A stretch of 64,000 bases of DNA from Clostridia bacterium (GCA_017434855.1 JAFRUA010000067.1:1618-65617); one strand, 5' to 3'. Positions 8,741-19,401 are shown, counted from the stretch's first letter. The notes: generated by a model not told the origin, from the letters alone. A program made the numbers and translations.

Positions 8741-8906
8741 GGCAACACCGCACAAATGCGGCCGCACGCCTTGCTTGATCTTTGTTCCGTCATATTGCAC
8801 AGCTTTTCCTTGCCAACCGACAGGTTGCCTGCGTCAAATCTATGCAATCTGACAAAAAAATCTGCTACGCAATCCGCATGCCCGAATTGTGCGGTGTTGC
8901 CTTAAA
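8736..8906. repeat. Perfect 20-bp inverted repeat (arms 8736-8755 and 8887-8906) enclosing a 131-bp spacer
   Basis: The left arm is TTTAAGGCAACACCGCACAA and includes the TAA stop of the 1413-aa gene. The right arm, TTGTGCGGTGTTGCCTTAAA, is its exact reverse complement and ends 55 nt before the ATG of the 3479-aa gene. Confidence 0.95.
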
Positions 8907-8961
8907 CGCAGATAAACTTTGAGCATTCATCATCCGGCTTTGCTGAGGGAGGTACATATAT

Positions 8962-11900
8962 ATGAAAAAAGCAACGAAACAAATCGTCGCGGTCCTTATG
9001 ACGCTCATCATGCTGTTCACCGCCTGCCCTGTGTCGGCCTTCGCGTCGCTGCTGGAAAACGACCCGGCGGTGAACCGACAGATTTTGCAAGCGTTGACCG
9101 AGATCGCGGACAACGAAGACACGGCGCGGGAATACTATAACATTCTGCAGCAATACGGTCTGCTTGACGAGGACGGCAACGCCGTTGAAAACTGGTCTGT
9201 CACGATGCGTGGGGAAGACGTCACGCTGGAGGAAATCCGCGCGCTGCTTGCCGGAGACTATGACCCGCAGGAGCTGGTCTGGGTGGACGGTACGCCAATC
9301 ACGCTTGAAAACCTGAACACGATTTTGCAGATCGAGGATTATGTCTCCTATGTCAAAGAGACCTATTTCACCGCGCATGAATGGACAGAGGCGCAGAAAG
9401 AATCCGCCAGGAGCCTTGCGAACCAGATCAACAACGGGGGCATCACACTGACCAGTACCGGTGCGCCGGTGATCGGCTCATCCGGAAACAGCCAAACGGC
9501 GCGTGTGAGCGTGGAAGAAATCGAACGGAACGATGAAACAAGGGTCGTGACCTTTGTGGCAACCCTGCTGAACGCGGCGGAAAATCAGGAAGCCTCCTTT
9601 GAATGGATCGCCGTTTCCGGCAGCCGCCCGGTCATCGGCGGGACCCAGAGCGCAACGGTCCGACTTACAAGTTCACAGCCGAGCGCGACCTTCTGCGTAA
9701 AATACGACGCTATTCCTTACGACGGCGACAACCGGATTATGGCCTGCGGCGATTACGCAACGACGTTTTTCGTCTGCTGCCGGAACATCCGAAACGCGCT
9801 GTTCATGAACGAAAAATCGACGCAGGTCTTTTGCGTATACAATCCGGGATCGGTGCTGAACGATCAAATTCTCACAAAAGAAGCGCTGACAAACACGACG
9901 ATTTTCTGCAGTGGAAACACGGAATTTAGTTTTGAAAACAACCCCGCCTTTATGGCAGGCATTCGCTGGGGAATTCTCACGCATGTTGACACGAATTACA
10001 GCTATATTGGCGGCAGTGGTGACATATGGTTATACGGCTGGAACGAAAGCGCCGGCGATATCGCCAAACGAGACGCAGACGGGAACATAATCGCTTGGGG
10101 CGATTGGGGTAGGTACGACAGAAATTTCCGTGAATCGTTGTCAGGTTACTGGGATACCCATGAGGACGGAGACGTATGGGCTTGTAAGACGGTGCGATAT
10201 GAACTCACGGATTATCCCACAAAAAAGGGACTCATGGAAAAAACGGTGATCGGTTCCGGTTCTTTCACATGTTATCCCTCTCTTTCTTCAGCGTCATACA
10301 GCGGAATTGCGTCCTGTTACTATACGCTCAATGACACAAAAATACCGTCCCTTGCGGCCGACAACACCTACAGCGTTCCGGCGGGCAGCTACTCGGTCGG
10401 CGAGGTGATCCCCATCACCGTTCGCTTTTCGGAGCCGGTGCAGCCGAACGCCACGCTGGAGGTCAACGGTCAAACGATCAAGGCAGCAGAGCTGTCGCCA
10501 AGCAACGTGATGACTTTCCCGTATACTGTGCCGGAGCTGACGGCCGGGACGCTGACGATCGGCAGGGTGACGTTTGAAGACATCGTCGGCAACCAACCGG
10601 AGACAGACACATATCTTTCCGGCCATGATGGCCAGACCGTGACGCCGAGCGGTGTCACGCTCACCGGGCCGATCAAAAGCCACGCTTTCACCGGCATGGA
10701 GGCTGCCATTGATACCACCGACCCCCAGAATTCAAAGATGACGGTCAGCGTCCATGTGCTGGGCCTGGACGATGTGCGCGGACACGAGAGCGAATATGTG
10801 GATGATGCGAGCCACACAACGACGGCCACGATCGTTGACAACATGACCAACTGGCTGACAGCTTCTGAAAATGTGGATGTTGTCAACGGCACCTGGGTCT
10901 GGAAAAACGTCAAGATCCAGGTCGACGGGCAGACAGCACCCGTGACCTTTACGCCCCGACCGGGACAAGCCGAAACCGTGGTCGGCCAAACGCTGACGGC
11001 GACGTTCGACCTGCCGAAAAACACAGACAACGAACCGAGCGACTGCGTTGCGGAGCTGCTCGTTGACGATGCGCTTGTGATCGGCATGTATGCGCTGGTA
11101 CAGCTTGAACCGGTCAAGTATATTACAGACGCCGACATGCAAAAGCTCACCCTGACCGTCACGCCGCCCAGCGGAAGGGACTTTGTCTATAACGAAGACA
11201 GCGCTGCGCTCTTTTCGCAGGATTATGATGTGATCCGGGCGGAGTATCAGTTCAAGAACACCGGGCCATTCACCTATGACGCGCCAGAAGATCTGGTCTG
11301 GGAAAGCAGCGACCCGAGCGTCGCAGACATCTCACAGGTGCATAATGGCAAGATCGGTCGCATCGGATATGTGGAACCCACCGGCAAGGCGGGAACGGTC
11401 AAGTTTATCCTGAAAGCGACCAACGGCAACGTGCCCGGAAAAGAGGTCTGTTTTGAAACGGTGCCGCTGCGTTTTGCCGTCAGCGATTCGCCCTATCTCA
11501 AAATGCATAACGAAACGGTCCTGACCCGCGACCAGCAGGAACTCAAGCTTTATTGGGACAGCAACCTGATCACAAAGAACGGCGGCGCGGATACCGTGTT
11601 CACCGTAACCGTGACGCGCGACGGCGCCTCCGCGCCGGAATTCACCAAGACCGTTACCGGGAACGCAGACAACTATGTTTCCAGCGTCCTGATCGATGCG
11701 GGCAGCCTGCGCTATCTGTATGAGGATGGCACCAGCAATGAATTCACCGCCAGGGTCACCGCCACTCTGGCCGGGAAGGAATACAAGGCGTCCGTAAAAA
11801 TCGTGCTTGAGCCGCAGCCGGCAAAAGTCACCCTTGCGCCGCTGGACGACTATTTCATTCTGGATTCGGCCGCGCCGGTTCAGCTGAGCTGGGAGATCAC

Positions 11901-14900
11901 TGACTTTGACCAGCATGAATCCGCCGCGTCCGTGGAGCTTTATCAGGTGCTGATTACCAGGGGCAACGACAGCGTGTGCTGCCTGACCGACGTCAGTGCA
12001 TTGACGTCGACCGGTGACGGAAGCTTCACCGGAAGTTATATGCTGGATGCGAATGCGCTGCATGTGGCGCTTGACCCCAGCGATCCCTACAGTTACCGCG
12101 ACGTGTATACCATCACCGTTCAGGTCAAGAACGGCACAGACAGCACCTGGAGCTATGATTCCTGCATTCTGTATGTCTACAGTGCCGACACGCTGAAGCT
12201 GTGGATCAACGGCGCAGCACCTGAGGTCGATCCGGAAACCGGCGCGCTGCTCATGTCGAACCGTTCCGCGATCGCGGAAATGTATCGCACACAGGGTCAG
12301 GACGCCATCATTGCCCTGAAACGCGACATCAAGCTGCGCGAGGTCGTCTCTGCCAACTATGGCGACTATGCCTGGAGCGAGCTGGCGGACCAGATCGCGT
12401 GGGCCTCCAGCGACAACAGTGTTGCAACCATCAATTATCAGCAGGGCTCGATGTATGACGACATCCGCAACTATGCTTACACGACCTATACGCCCGCCAC
12501 GGAGTTTGCACTCTCGGGCCTTTCAGACGGAGAGACCACCATTACGGCAACGCATGCGCGGACCGGTATGCGCGCGGATCAGGACGTGAAGGTGGAAACG
12601 CTGACGGATCAGCTCTATCTGTTCCAGTGCTATCCGCAGGTCAAAACCACGCTGTCTTATACGAATGGCGACGGTCAGGAAAAAACACTTGACACCGACA
12701 ACAACGGCGCCGCCGCGATCTATGAAGAAAGCGGCATTGCCGGCGACGTCTATTGCCGCAGCGTCGGTGAAGACGGCTATACCTATCTTGGAACCTTCAT
12801 GAAGGATTCCATCGAATCCGGCGAGCGGGATTCCACCAAGCTGAACCTGTATCCCTGCAACAACCTGAACCTGCGCCGTGCCGCGTATGCCTATCTATAT
12901 ATCAAGAATCCGGACGGCACGCCGTACACAGGCAAAATCGTGTTGCGCGGCGGCGTATTTGTCAATGATGTTTACAGGAAGACTGCGCAGTTTTCGCTGA
13001 ACAGCTCCGGGCTGGTTGACAAAAGCGGTGAAATCGACCAGATCGTCGATCTGGGACATAACGAGGATGGCAGCGTAAAAACAGACGGAAAGCTCGAAAT
13101 CATCATGGACCAGACGCAGTGGGGGCTGGAAGGCAACCAGATTAAGGTGGGCGACGACGTCACGTATCTGTTCCTGATCAAGCAAGAGGGCAGCACGGCC
13201 TATTATCCCATCTTTGCGGCGATCGATTTGATGGCGGATACCGATGCTTTTGTCGCCAGCGGAGAGGCGGCGGCGGTCTTCCGCAAAAATGAAAGCGCGG
13301 GCGCGCATCCCTTTGTCATTCAGCAGTTCTCCACCATCATGAACACGGAAAAGAATTACAGCAGCACCACTAGCGTTCTGGATCAAACGGGCAAGGTCGG
13401 CCCGAATGACGACATGCCGCGTGCCGACCTGACGACCATCGTTTTGTGGTGGGGTGAAGAAACCGACAAGGACAACCCGCAGAACAAGCTGCGGCTGCGC
13501 GTGAAAGACGATAATAAAATTGAGATCGCCAAGGATTATTCCACACAGGAAAATGAAACCTATGATTTCCTGGACGAGGTTGTGACGAGCTATACCGTTC
13601 AGTTGACCAATAAATCGCTGAAGGGCATTTTGGCTTCGCTTTGCAGCTGCAGCGTCTGTCTGGATTATTATAACGACGGCAAAACGCTGATCCGAACCCA
13701 GGAATTGCCCATGCAGCTTTGCAATCTGACAACAGCCGGCGAGGCCGAACGAAGCCAGGAGCTGCTGGATGAGCTGGGCCGCATGAGCGGCTCGACCGGC
13801 GCAAATCTCGACACGGATATGGATTTCGGCGATGATTTTGTGCGGATCATGTTTGACACCATTTCGATCGACTCCAAAACCAACGCGGTGATCAACGCCT
13901 TTGATCTGTTGATTTCTCCCACATCCGACCCGACCAAGTTCCTCGGCTTTATACGCATCCCATTCAACGATACTGCCAGCTCCGGCGTCTATCTGGACAG
14001 CGTCAAGCAAGCGGAATACAAAGACACGCCGATTCTGGAAGACTGCGCAAAGCTGGTGACCTTTGGCAAAAAGCTCGCCTGGCAGGGCATCAAAAATAAA
14101 GTCAGCGGCAAAGATTATTCCAAGCCTGCCGCCCCGGCCTCGACCGGTTCCAAGGTCAAAAAAGACTGGGACTGGAATGTCAGCGGCTACATGGAAACGC
14201 TCATTTACTTTGATTTCAATGCGCACAAGTGGAAAATGAAGGTGCTGGACGGTGGTTTTGGCGCGTCAATCGAAATCAGCGCCAGCAAGACCTTGAATTA
14301 TCAGGTGGGTCCGGTTCCCTGTTTCGTCACACTTTCCGCAGGCGGAAAGGCTGCGTTCAATTTTGACGCGCTCACAACAGCGTATCGCAAGAGTCATGTT
14401 GCGGGTGCAGAGGTCGAAACAGCAATGGAATATCTGACATCTTTGCGCCTGTCACTCTATCTCAGCCTGTTTGCGGGCGTTGGCATCGATTATTCCGTTG
14501 TGTCCTTTAAGCTCGGCATTTTCGGCAAGATCACGTTTACAGCGCTGTTTGACTGGCTGAACCGGCCGTATCTGTCAAAGAATAATGACGCTTATATGAT
14601 GGCCACCGGCAAACTCAATGATGAAAAGGCAAATCTTTCGGGGCAAAACTTCAAAATCGACGGCCAGATCGGACTGAAATTTGTCGTGAGCGTGATCGGC
14701 GTCAAGTATGAAAAGGTCCTGTATTCGCTGAATTTCAATTTGCTTGATAAATCCACAGGAAAGCAGAGCACGATCACCGAGCTTTGGAAAGCCAATCAAA
14801 GATACCTGAGTACCGTGATCGACAAGCTGGTCGGCAACGGTTCCGCCTCGCTCACATCCGTAAACGGCGAACAGGTGCTGTCGCTCAACCTTGCGCCGAC

Positions 14901-17900
14901 ACTGGAGTCGCGCGATTATCTGGAATACAGCGGCAGAGTGTGGGGTACAAGGAGGAACGGCATGCTGCGCAGGTCTGCCGCAACCGACGGCGTCAGCAAT
15001 CTGGAAAGCAACACCTATCCTTATGCCGACCCGGAAATAACGACCGACGGGCAGCTCATGGTGTATCTTTCCGATATGGAGAATACGGATGTGACCAAAA
15101 CCCGAGCGTGCTTTGCTCACATGGCGGATGGCAGCTACGTTCCCGACGGTGTGATTGATGACTGCGGTTGTGGTGATGAACATCTGACCGTTGACGGAAC
15201 CGGGGATTATGCCGTTGCCGCGTGGACCAGGAAAACGGCAAAAATCAATGCAGAGGCCGGTTCGGTTCTGACGGGCAATGAACAGATGATGCTGCTGAAC
15301 AACACGGATGTTTATGCCGCTGTGTATGACAAGACGCGCGGGCAGTGGCAGACAACTGCCCTGACAGCAGAAAACGGCGCGGAGCTTGCTCCAACGGTCG
15401 CAGTCAATGGGAAAAAGGCGATCGTTGCATGGCGAAATGTTTCATCCAGTGATCCGAACAGCCTGACGGAATTCGACTATAGAGATGTTGTTCAATACCG
15501 GATCTGGAACGGCGAAACATGGAGTGACACCGAGACCTTCTATAACGGAACCTCCGGCGCAATCAAGAGTGTTTCCGCCGCGATGATGGCGGACGGCACT
15601 GCTGCCGTGGCGTATACGCTGGACCTTGACGGAGAGGACGAGACGATTGACGACCGCGAGATCGTTTACGGCATTGTCGGTACCGACGGCAAAGAACTTC
15701 GCAATGTTCGCGCAACAAACAATGGCATTCTCGACGAGAATCCCCAGATCGCTGTTGTCAGCATGTCTGACGGCGCCGTTGACGAACGGTTCATTCTTGC
15801 ATGGTACACATCCGACAACGAAGATGCCGTTTCCGATTCTGCCCAGAACGACGATGCTTTTACGTTCGGCCAGCCGGATATTCGCTTCCTTGACATTGAC
15901 CGAGAGGGCATTGTCAGCACCTGTTTCCCGCACTCTGTCAGCCAGATGGCGTCTGAGTCCGGCGTGGGGATCAGCTCCGGTTTCCGGTTCGCGCGCGGCG
16001 CACATACGATCAATGACCTTTCCCTTGTCTGGCCGGAACGCATCGGCGAGTCGTCATCCGTGATCGGCACATGGAAGGGCAAGAACGTCATCTACACCTT
16101 TGCTGCGGACAATACCGGTCTTAAAAAAGACGCGGCGTCTGACGAGGAAACGCCGTTCACCTATGAAGTTGACAAGGACAAAGAAACAATGTCGCTTCAT
16201 TTCGTCTCCGGCGGCGAAAGCAGCACGATCAGTTATGCAATGTCGGACAACAACACGTTGGTTCTGACTTTTGCGGACGGCAAAACCGTGACCCTGACCC
16301 GCACCTCGCGTTCTGAAAAGGACGTGCTCAAGGCGGTCAGATTCTACTCGTTCGGGCAGACGGATGACACTGTTGGTGTGACGCATGAAATCACGGTTGC
16401 GGATATGCCGGATGCGACGCTGATCGATCATTTTGATGCCTGTTCGGTCGGTGATAGCGTTCGTGCGGTGCTTTTGGGGACCGTTTACGGCGAGAACGGC
16501 GAAACAGTAACAAATACCAGCCAGACGGTCAGCGGCGATACGGTTCAATATACCGTTCCGAAAGAGGTTTCGTATATGTATACCGCCCAGGAAACCTATA
16601 CCGACACGATCTCTGTTCCGATGGCGTATACAGATCTCAGCACGTTGAAGCGCGGGGCGGCCTCGCAGGTCCTGTTCAAGGTGGAAAACGACGGCATCCA
16701 TCCGATCACGTCGCTGCATTTGACGGTCGGCACACCGGGGGATGCGCAAGAGGCGACGATTGAAAATCTTCAAATCCTGCCCGGCGAGACTTATTCCGCA
16801 TGGTTCGATTATGTTGTTCCCGCTTCCGCAGTGGCGGATCCTGAATACACGGTGACAGCCACCTTTGATCAGGGAAATCATGAACAGACGCAGGCCGATG
16901 CTCAGGGTACGATCTATCTCAACTTCCCGAATCTTTCCATTGCGGGCCTGAGCATTGTCAGAGAAGAGGAAGGCGAACGCGACCTGCAGATTAAGCTGAG
17001 CAACAGTTATGATGCAAAGCTTGAGGGCAGCGGCCGCATTGTAAAGATCAGCTTCTGGTCTGACGCCACCTGTGAAACAAAAATCAGCGACCTGCAGGAT
17101 ATCGTAATCGATGACGATGAATCCCTTAAAATGATTGACGAGGGCGGTTATTGCCGTCAGGTCACCTTTGACGTGGAATCCTATATTAGAGGCGACAGCG
17201 AAACCGTGATGGAGCTGCCGGTGGGCGGCGTGCCGGTCTATGTTTTGGCTGAGGTGCTTGAACCGAGCGAGAATCACGACGGTACATACGTTGTTTTGGG
17301 CGACCCCGTCGCTTCTGACAACTGTGATTCCGTTGTCTGTGAAAACATCCACAGCCGCACGGGCCAGGACGTGATTCTTTCCAGCCTGTGTGACGTTGGT
17401 GCGCAGGGAACGACTGTCGCGACCGTGTTTATGCAAAATACCCGCATGAGTCCCGTGACCGGTCAGATGACGGTCCGCCTGCTGGACGAGGACGGAAACA
17501 CTCTTGAACAGAAGATTTATACCGGTGAAGACGGTGACGATCTGCTCACGCTGGCGGGGGAAGCAAAGCGTGTTGAAACCTTTGAATTCAACCATCGCGG
17601 CGCTTTTGTTGACGTGATCTATCAGGATATCACCGACGATGCGGATAATACAGAGCTGCTGGAGCTGTTTTCAAATGAGCTTGGCGTTTCGCTGGATGAC
17701 TTTGCGCTTCAGGAGGACGGGACCTATTCCGCTTCTGTCACAGTGGATGATGTGACGTCTGCAGTTTTGAAGGCGGTCACGCTGAGCAGCCGTTCCAACG
17801 CAAGCATCGATGTGAACGGTACTGCGGTGGCGGGCGGCAGCAGCGTGCTGAGCGGCAATTGTGTGCTCAACCCTGCCAGAAGCAATACGATCACCGTGAC

Positions 17901-19401
17901 CGTAACGGCCGAAAACGGCGACACGCGCAGTTATGTTCTGAATGTGATGAGCCGGAAGTCGATCGTGGTGAAAGCGAACGCTGCTGAAAAGATCTATGGA
18001 GAAGCGGACCCGGCGTTCACCTATACTGCGCAGGGGTTGGTCGACGGGGATACGATTTCCGTGACGTTTTCACGCGAACCGGGCGAAAATGTCGGTGCGT
18101 ATGATATTCTTGCCGAAATCATCCCGGGTGATAACTACATCGCGTCCTATGTCGGCGCAAAGCTCACTGTTCGGCCCAAAGAGATTTCCGTTGTTGCAAC
18201 GGCAAAAGCCAAGACTTACGGCAGCGCGGATCCGTCGCTGACCTATTCCGTGACGGGCCTTGTCGGCAAAGACAAGTTGACCGGTGCTCTGACCCGCCAA
18301 GCGGGTGAAACGGTTGGCAGATATGAAATTGAACAGGGGACGCTTGCCGCAAGCGACAACTACATTCTGAACTACACCGGTGATTATTTGACGATCGGCC
18401 CAAAAACGCTCACCGTTCGAGTGGATGCGCAAAGTAAGACGTTCGGTGATCCGGATCCCGAGCTGACATATACGGTTTCCGGCCTGATCGGTGATGATAC
18501 GCTTTCCGGCGCGCTGCAACGCGAAGCGGGTGAAAACGTCGGCAAATATGCGATCATGCTCGGCACGCTTTCCAATGAGAATTATGATATCGATTTCAGA
18601 GGCGCTGATTTGGTGATTGGCAAAAAAACGGTCACTGTGACGGCGGACGCGAAAGAAAAAATCTATGCTCAGGCTGAGCCGGAGCTGACATATACGATCA
18701 CCGGCCTGCTTGGCGATGATCAGCTTTCCGGCGCGTTGATCCGCGAAAGAGGGGAAAACGTCGGTACCTATGAGATCAGGCAGGGGGCGCTTTCGGACAA
18801 GAGCGGCAACTACGAGCTGACCTTTATCGGTGCAGACTTTACCATCACGCCGCTGGAGGTCATTGTGACAGCGGATACGCAGTCGAAGTTCTGTGCAGAG
18901 GTTGATCCTGCGCTGACCTATCGCGTGGAATATCCCGTGGAAGGAACTTCTTTGCCTGCCGGCACCGAGATCCCGGGCGCATTGGTCCGAACACCGGGCG
19001 AAGATGTTGGCGCTTATACGATTTCTCAAGGCACGCTTGGCAGCGAAAATTATGCGATGACCTTTGTCCCTGCCGAGCTTGTGATCAGCCACAGAATTCA
19101 AAAGGTGGATGCCGTGGAGGCAGGCTGCATAACCGACGGCAACAAAGCGTGTTTCCGCTGCCAAGGCTGCGGCAGACTGTTTGCCGACAGTGAAGCGGCA
19201 GAAGAGATTTCTGCAGACAGCGTCGTGATTCCCGCCCACGGCCATAAGGTTGAACACGGGATCTGTATCTATTGCGGCAAATACCGCTGCAGCTTCTGTG
19301 AAACCTATGAGGCAAAGAAGGATATCCCGGTGGTCGGCTGGATCTACGGTCTGGTGCATTACTTCGTTCACCTTGCCTCACATATCGGTTATCTGACCTG
19401 A
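8962..19401 (+). CDS. Giant secreted surface protein (3479 aa) with a signal peptide, Ig-like/Big_2-like segments, a beta-propeller-like region, a cadherin-like domain, 5 MBG repeats, a Cys/His knuckle and an aromatic C-terminal tail
   Basis: Signal peptide is MKKATKQIVAVLMTLIMLFTACPVSAFA. SD is GAGGGAGG. The C-terminal third has a cadherin-like segment (SIDVNGTAVAGGSS...TITVTVTAENGDTRSYVLNV) followed by MBG repeats. It ends HGICIYCGKYRCSFCETYEAKKDIPVVGWIYGLVHYFVHLASHIGYLT. Confidence 0.85.
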   Translation: MKKATKQIVAVLMTLIMLFTACPVSAFASLLENDPAVNRQILQALTEIADNEDTAREYYNILQQYGLLDEDGNAVENWSVTMRGEDVTLEEIRALLAGDYDPQELVWVDGTPITLENLNTILQIEDYVSYVKETYFTAHEWTEAQKESARSLANQINNGGITLTSTGAPVIGSSGNSQTARVSVEEIERNDETRVVTFVATLLNAAENQEASFEWIAVSGSRPVIGGTQSATVRLTSSQPSATFCVKYDAIPYDGDNRIMACGDYATTFFVCCRNIRNALFMNEKSTQVFCVYNPGSVLNDQILTKEALTNTTIFCSGNTEFSFENNPAFMAGIRWGILTHVDTNYSYIGGSGDIWLYGWNESAGDIAKRDADGNIIAWGDWGRYDRNFRESLSGYWDTHEDGDVWACKTVRYELTDYPTKKGLMEKTVIGSGSFTCYPSLSSASYSGIASCYYTLNDTKIPSLAADNTYSVPAGSYSVGEVIPITVRFSEPVQPNATLEVNGQTIKAAELSPSNVMTFPYTVPELTAGTLTIGRVTFEDIVGNQPETDTYLSGHDGQTVTPSGVTLTGPIKSHAFTGMEAAIDTTDPQNSKMTVSVHVLGLDDVRGHESEYVDDASHTTTATIVDNMTNWLTASENVDVVNGTWVWKNVKIQVDGQTAPVTFTPRPGQAETVVGQTLTATFDLPKNTDNEPSDCVAELLVDDALVIGMYALVQLEPVKYITDADMQKLTLTVTPPSGRDFVYNEDSAALFSQDYDVIRAEYQFKNTGPFTYDAPEDLVWESSDPSVADISQVHNGKIGRIGYVEPTGKAGTVKFILKATNGNVPGKEVCFETVPLRFAVSDSPYLKMHNETVLTRDQQELKLYWDSNLITKNGGADTVFTVTVTRDGASAPEFTKTVTGNADNYVSSVLIDAGSLRYLYEDGTSNEFTARVTATLAGKEYKASVKIVLEPQPAKVTLAPLDDYFILDSAAPVQLSWEITDFDQHESAASVELYQVLITRGNDSVCCLTDVSALTSTGDGSFTGSYMLDANALHVALDPSDPYSYRDVYTITVQVKNGTDSTWSYDSCILYVYSADTLKLWINGAAPEVDPETGALLMSNRSAIAEMYRTQGQDAIIALKRDIKLREVVSANYGDYAWSELADQIAWASSDNSVATINYQQGSMYDDIRNYAYTTYTPATEFALSGLSDGETTITATHARTGMRADQDVKVETLTDQLYLFQCYPQVKTTLSYTNGDGQEKTLDTDNNGAAAIYEESGIAGDVYCRSVGEDGYTYLGTFMKDSIESGERDSTKLNLYPCNNLNLRRAAYAYLYIKNPDGTPYTGKIVLRGGVFVNDVYRKTAQFSLNSSGLVDKSGEIDQIVDLGHNEDGSVKTDGKLEIIMDQTQWGLEGNQIKVGDDVTYLFLIKQEGSTAYYPIFAAIDLMADTDAFVASGEAAAVFRKNESAGAHPFVIQQFSTIMNTEKNYSSTTSVLDQTGKVGPNDDMPRADLTTIVLWWGEETDKDNPQNKLRLRVKDDNKIEIAKDYSTQENETYDFLDEVVTSYTVQLTNKSLKGILASLCSCSVCLDYYNDGKTLIRTQELPMQLCNLTTAGEAERSQELLDELGRMSGSTGANLDTDMDFGDDFVRIMFDTISIDSKTNAVINAFDLLISPTSDPTKFLGFIRIPFNDTASSGVYLDSVKQAEYKDTPILEDCAKLVTFGKKLAWQGIKNKVSGKDYSKPAAPASTGSKVKKDWDWNVSGYMETLIYFDFNAHKWKMKVLDGGFGASIEISASKTLNYQVGPVPCFVTLSAGGKAAFNFDALTTAYRKSHVAGAEVETAMEYLTSLRLSLYLSLFAGVGIDYSVVSFKLGIFGKITFTALFDWLNRPYLSKNNDAYMMATGKLNDEKANLSGQNFKIDGQIGLKFVVSVIGVKYEKVLYSLNFNLLDKSTGKQSTITELWKANQRYLSTVIDKLVGNGSASLTSVNGEQVLSLNLAPTLESRDYLEYSGRVWGTRRNGMLRRSAATDGVSNLESNTYPYADPEITTDGQLMVYLSDMENTDVTKTRACFAHMADGSYVPDGVIDDCGCGDEHLTVDGTGDYAVAAWTRKTAKINAEAGSVLTGNEQMMLLNNTDVYAAVYDKTRGQWQTTALTAENGAELAPTVAVNGKKAIVAWRNVSSSDPNSLTEFDYRDVVQYRIWNGETWSDTETFYNGTSGAIKSVSAAMMADGTAAVAYTLDLDGEDETIDDREIVYGIVGTDGKELRNVRATNNGILDENPQIAVVSMSDGAVDERFILAWYTSDNEDAVSDSAQNDDAFTFGQPDIRFLDIDREGIVSTCFPHSVSQMASESGVGISSGFRFARGAHTINDLSLVWPERIGESSSVIGTWKGKNVIYTFAADNTGLKKDAASDEETPFTYEVDKDKETMSLHFVSGGESSTISYAMSDNNTLVLTFADGKTVTLTRTSRSEKDVLKAVRFYSFGQTDDTVGVTHEITVADMPDATLIDHFDACSVGDSVRAVLLGTVYGENGETVTNTSQTVSGDTVQYTVPKEVSYMYTAQETYTDTISVPMAYTDLSTLKRGAASQVLFKVENDGIHPITSLHLTVGTPGDAQEATIENLQILPGETYSAWFDYVVPASAVADPEYTVTATFDQGNHEQTQADAQGTIYLNFPNLSIAGLSIVREEEGERDLQIKLSNSYDAKLEGSGRIVKISFWSDATCETKISDLQDIVIDDDESLKMIDEGGYCRQVTFDVESYIRGDSETVMELPVGGVPVYVLAEVLEPSENHDGTYVVLGDPVASDNCDSVVCENIHSRTGQDVILSSLCDVGAQGTTVATVFMQNTRMSPVTGQMTVRLLDEDGNTLEQKIYTGEDGDDLLTLAGEAKRVETFEFNHRGAFVDVIYQDITDDADNTELLELFSNELGVSLDDFALQEDGTYSASVTVDDVTSAVLKAVTLSSRSNASIDVNGTAVAGGSSVLSGNCVLNPARSNTITVTVTAENGDTRSYVLNVMSRKSIVVKANAAEKIYGEADPAFTYTAQGLVDGDTISVTFSREPGENVGAYDILAEIIPGDNYIASYVGAKLTVRPKEISVVATAKAKTYGSADPSLTYSVTGLVGKDKLTGALTRQAGETVGRYEIEQGTLAASDNYILNYTGDYLTIGPKTLTVRVDAQSKTFGDPDPELTYTVSGLIGDDTLSGALQREAGENVGKYAIMLGTLSNENYDIDFRGADLVIGKKTVTVTADAKEKIYAQAEPELTYTITGLLGDDQLSGALIRERGENVGTYEIRQGALSDKSGNYELTFIGADFTITPLEVIVTADTQSKFCAEVDPALTYRVEYPVEGTSLPAGTEIPGALVRTPGEDVGAYTISQGTLGSENYAMTFVPAELVISHRIQKVDAVEAGCITDGNKACFRCQGCGRLFADSEAAEEISADSVVIPAHGHKVEHGICIYCGKYRCSFCETYEAKKDIPVVGWIYGLVHYFVHLASHIGYLT
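17956..19086 (+). repeat. Five tandem MBG-type (YGxxDP) ~75-aa coding repeats
   Basis: The units carry K(I/T)YG(E/S)ADP(A/S)(F/L)TY...GLV(G/D).D......(R/Q)(E/Q)(P/A)GE.VG.Y.I......NY......G..L(T/V)I.P(K). Confidence 0.8.

Noticed and set aside
6728-8800. 690-aa minus-strand ORF overlapping the tandem-repeat region
   Set aside because: It is Arg/Ala/Gly-rich and low-complexity, mirrors the plus-strand repeats, and has no SD or recognisable domains. It is an antisense shadow of a GC-rich gene whose plus-strand product has a signal peptide and clear modules.
8771-8800. Plus-strand promoter-like TTGCTT-16nt-TATTGC inside the IR-flanked spacer
   Set aside because: The -10 hexamer lacks the invariant final T and matches poorly. 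It is not reported as a feature and is mentioned only in the context of the inverton hypothesis.
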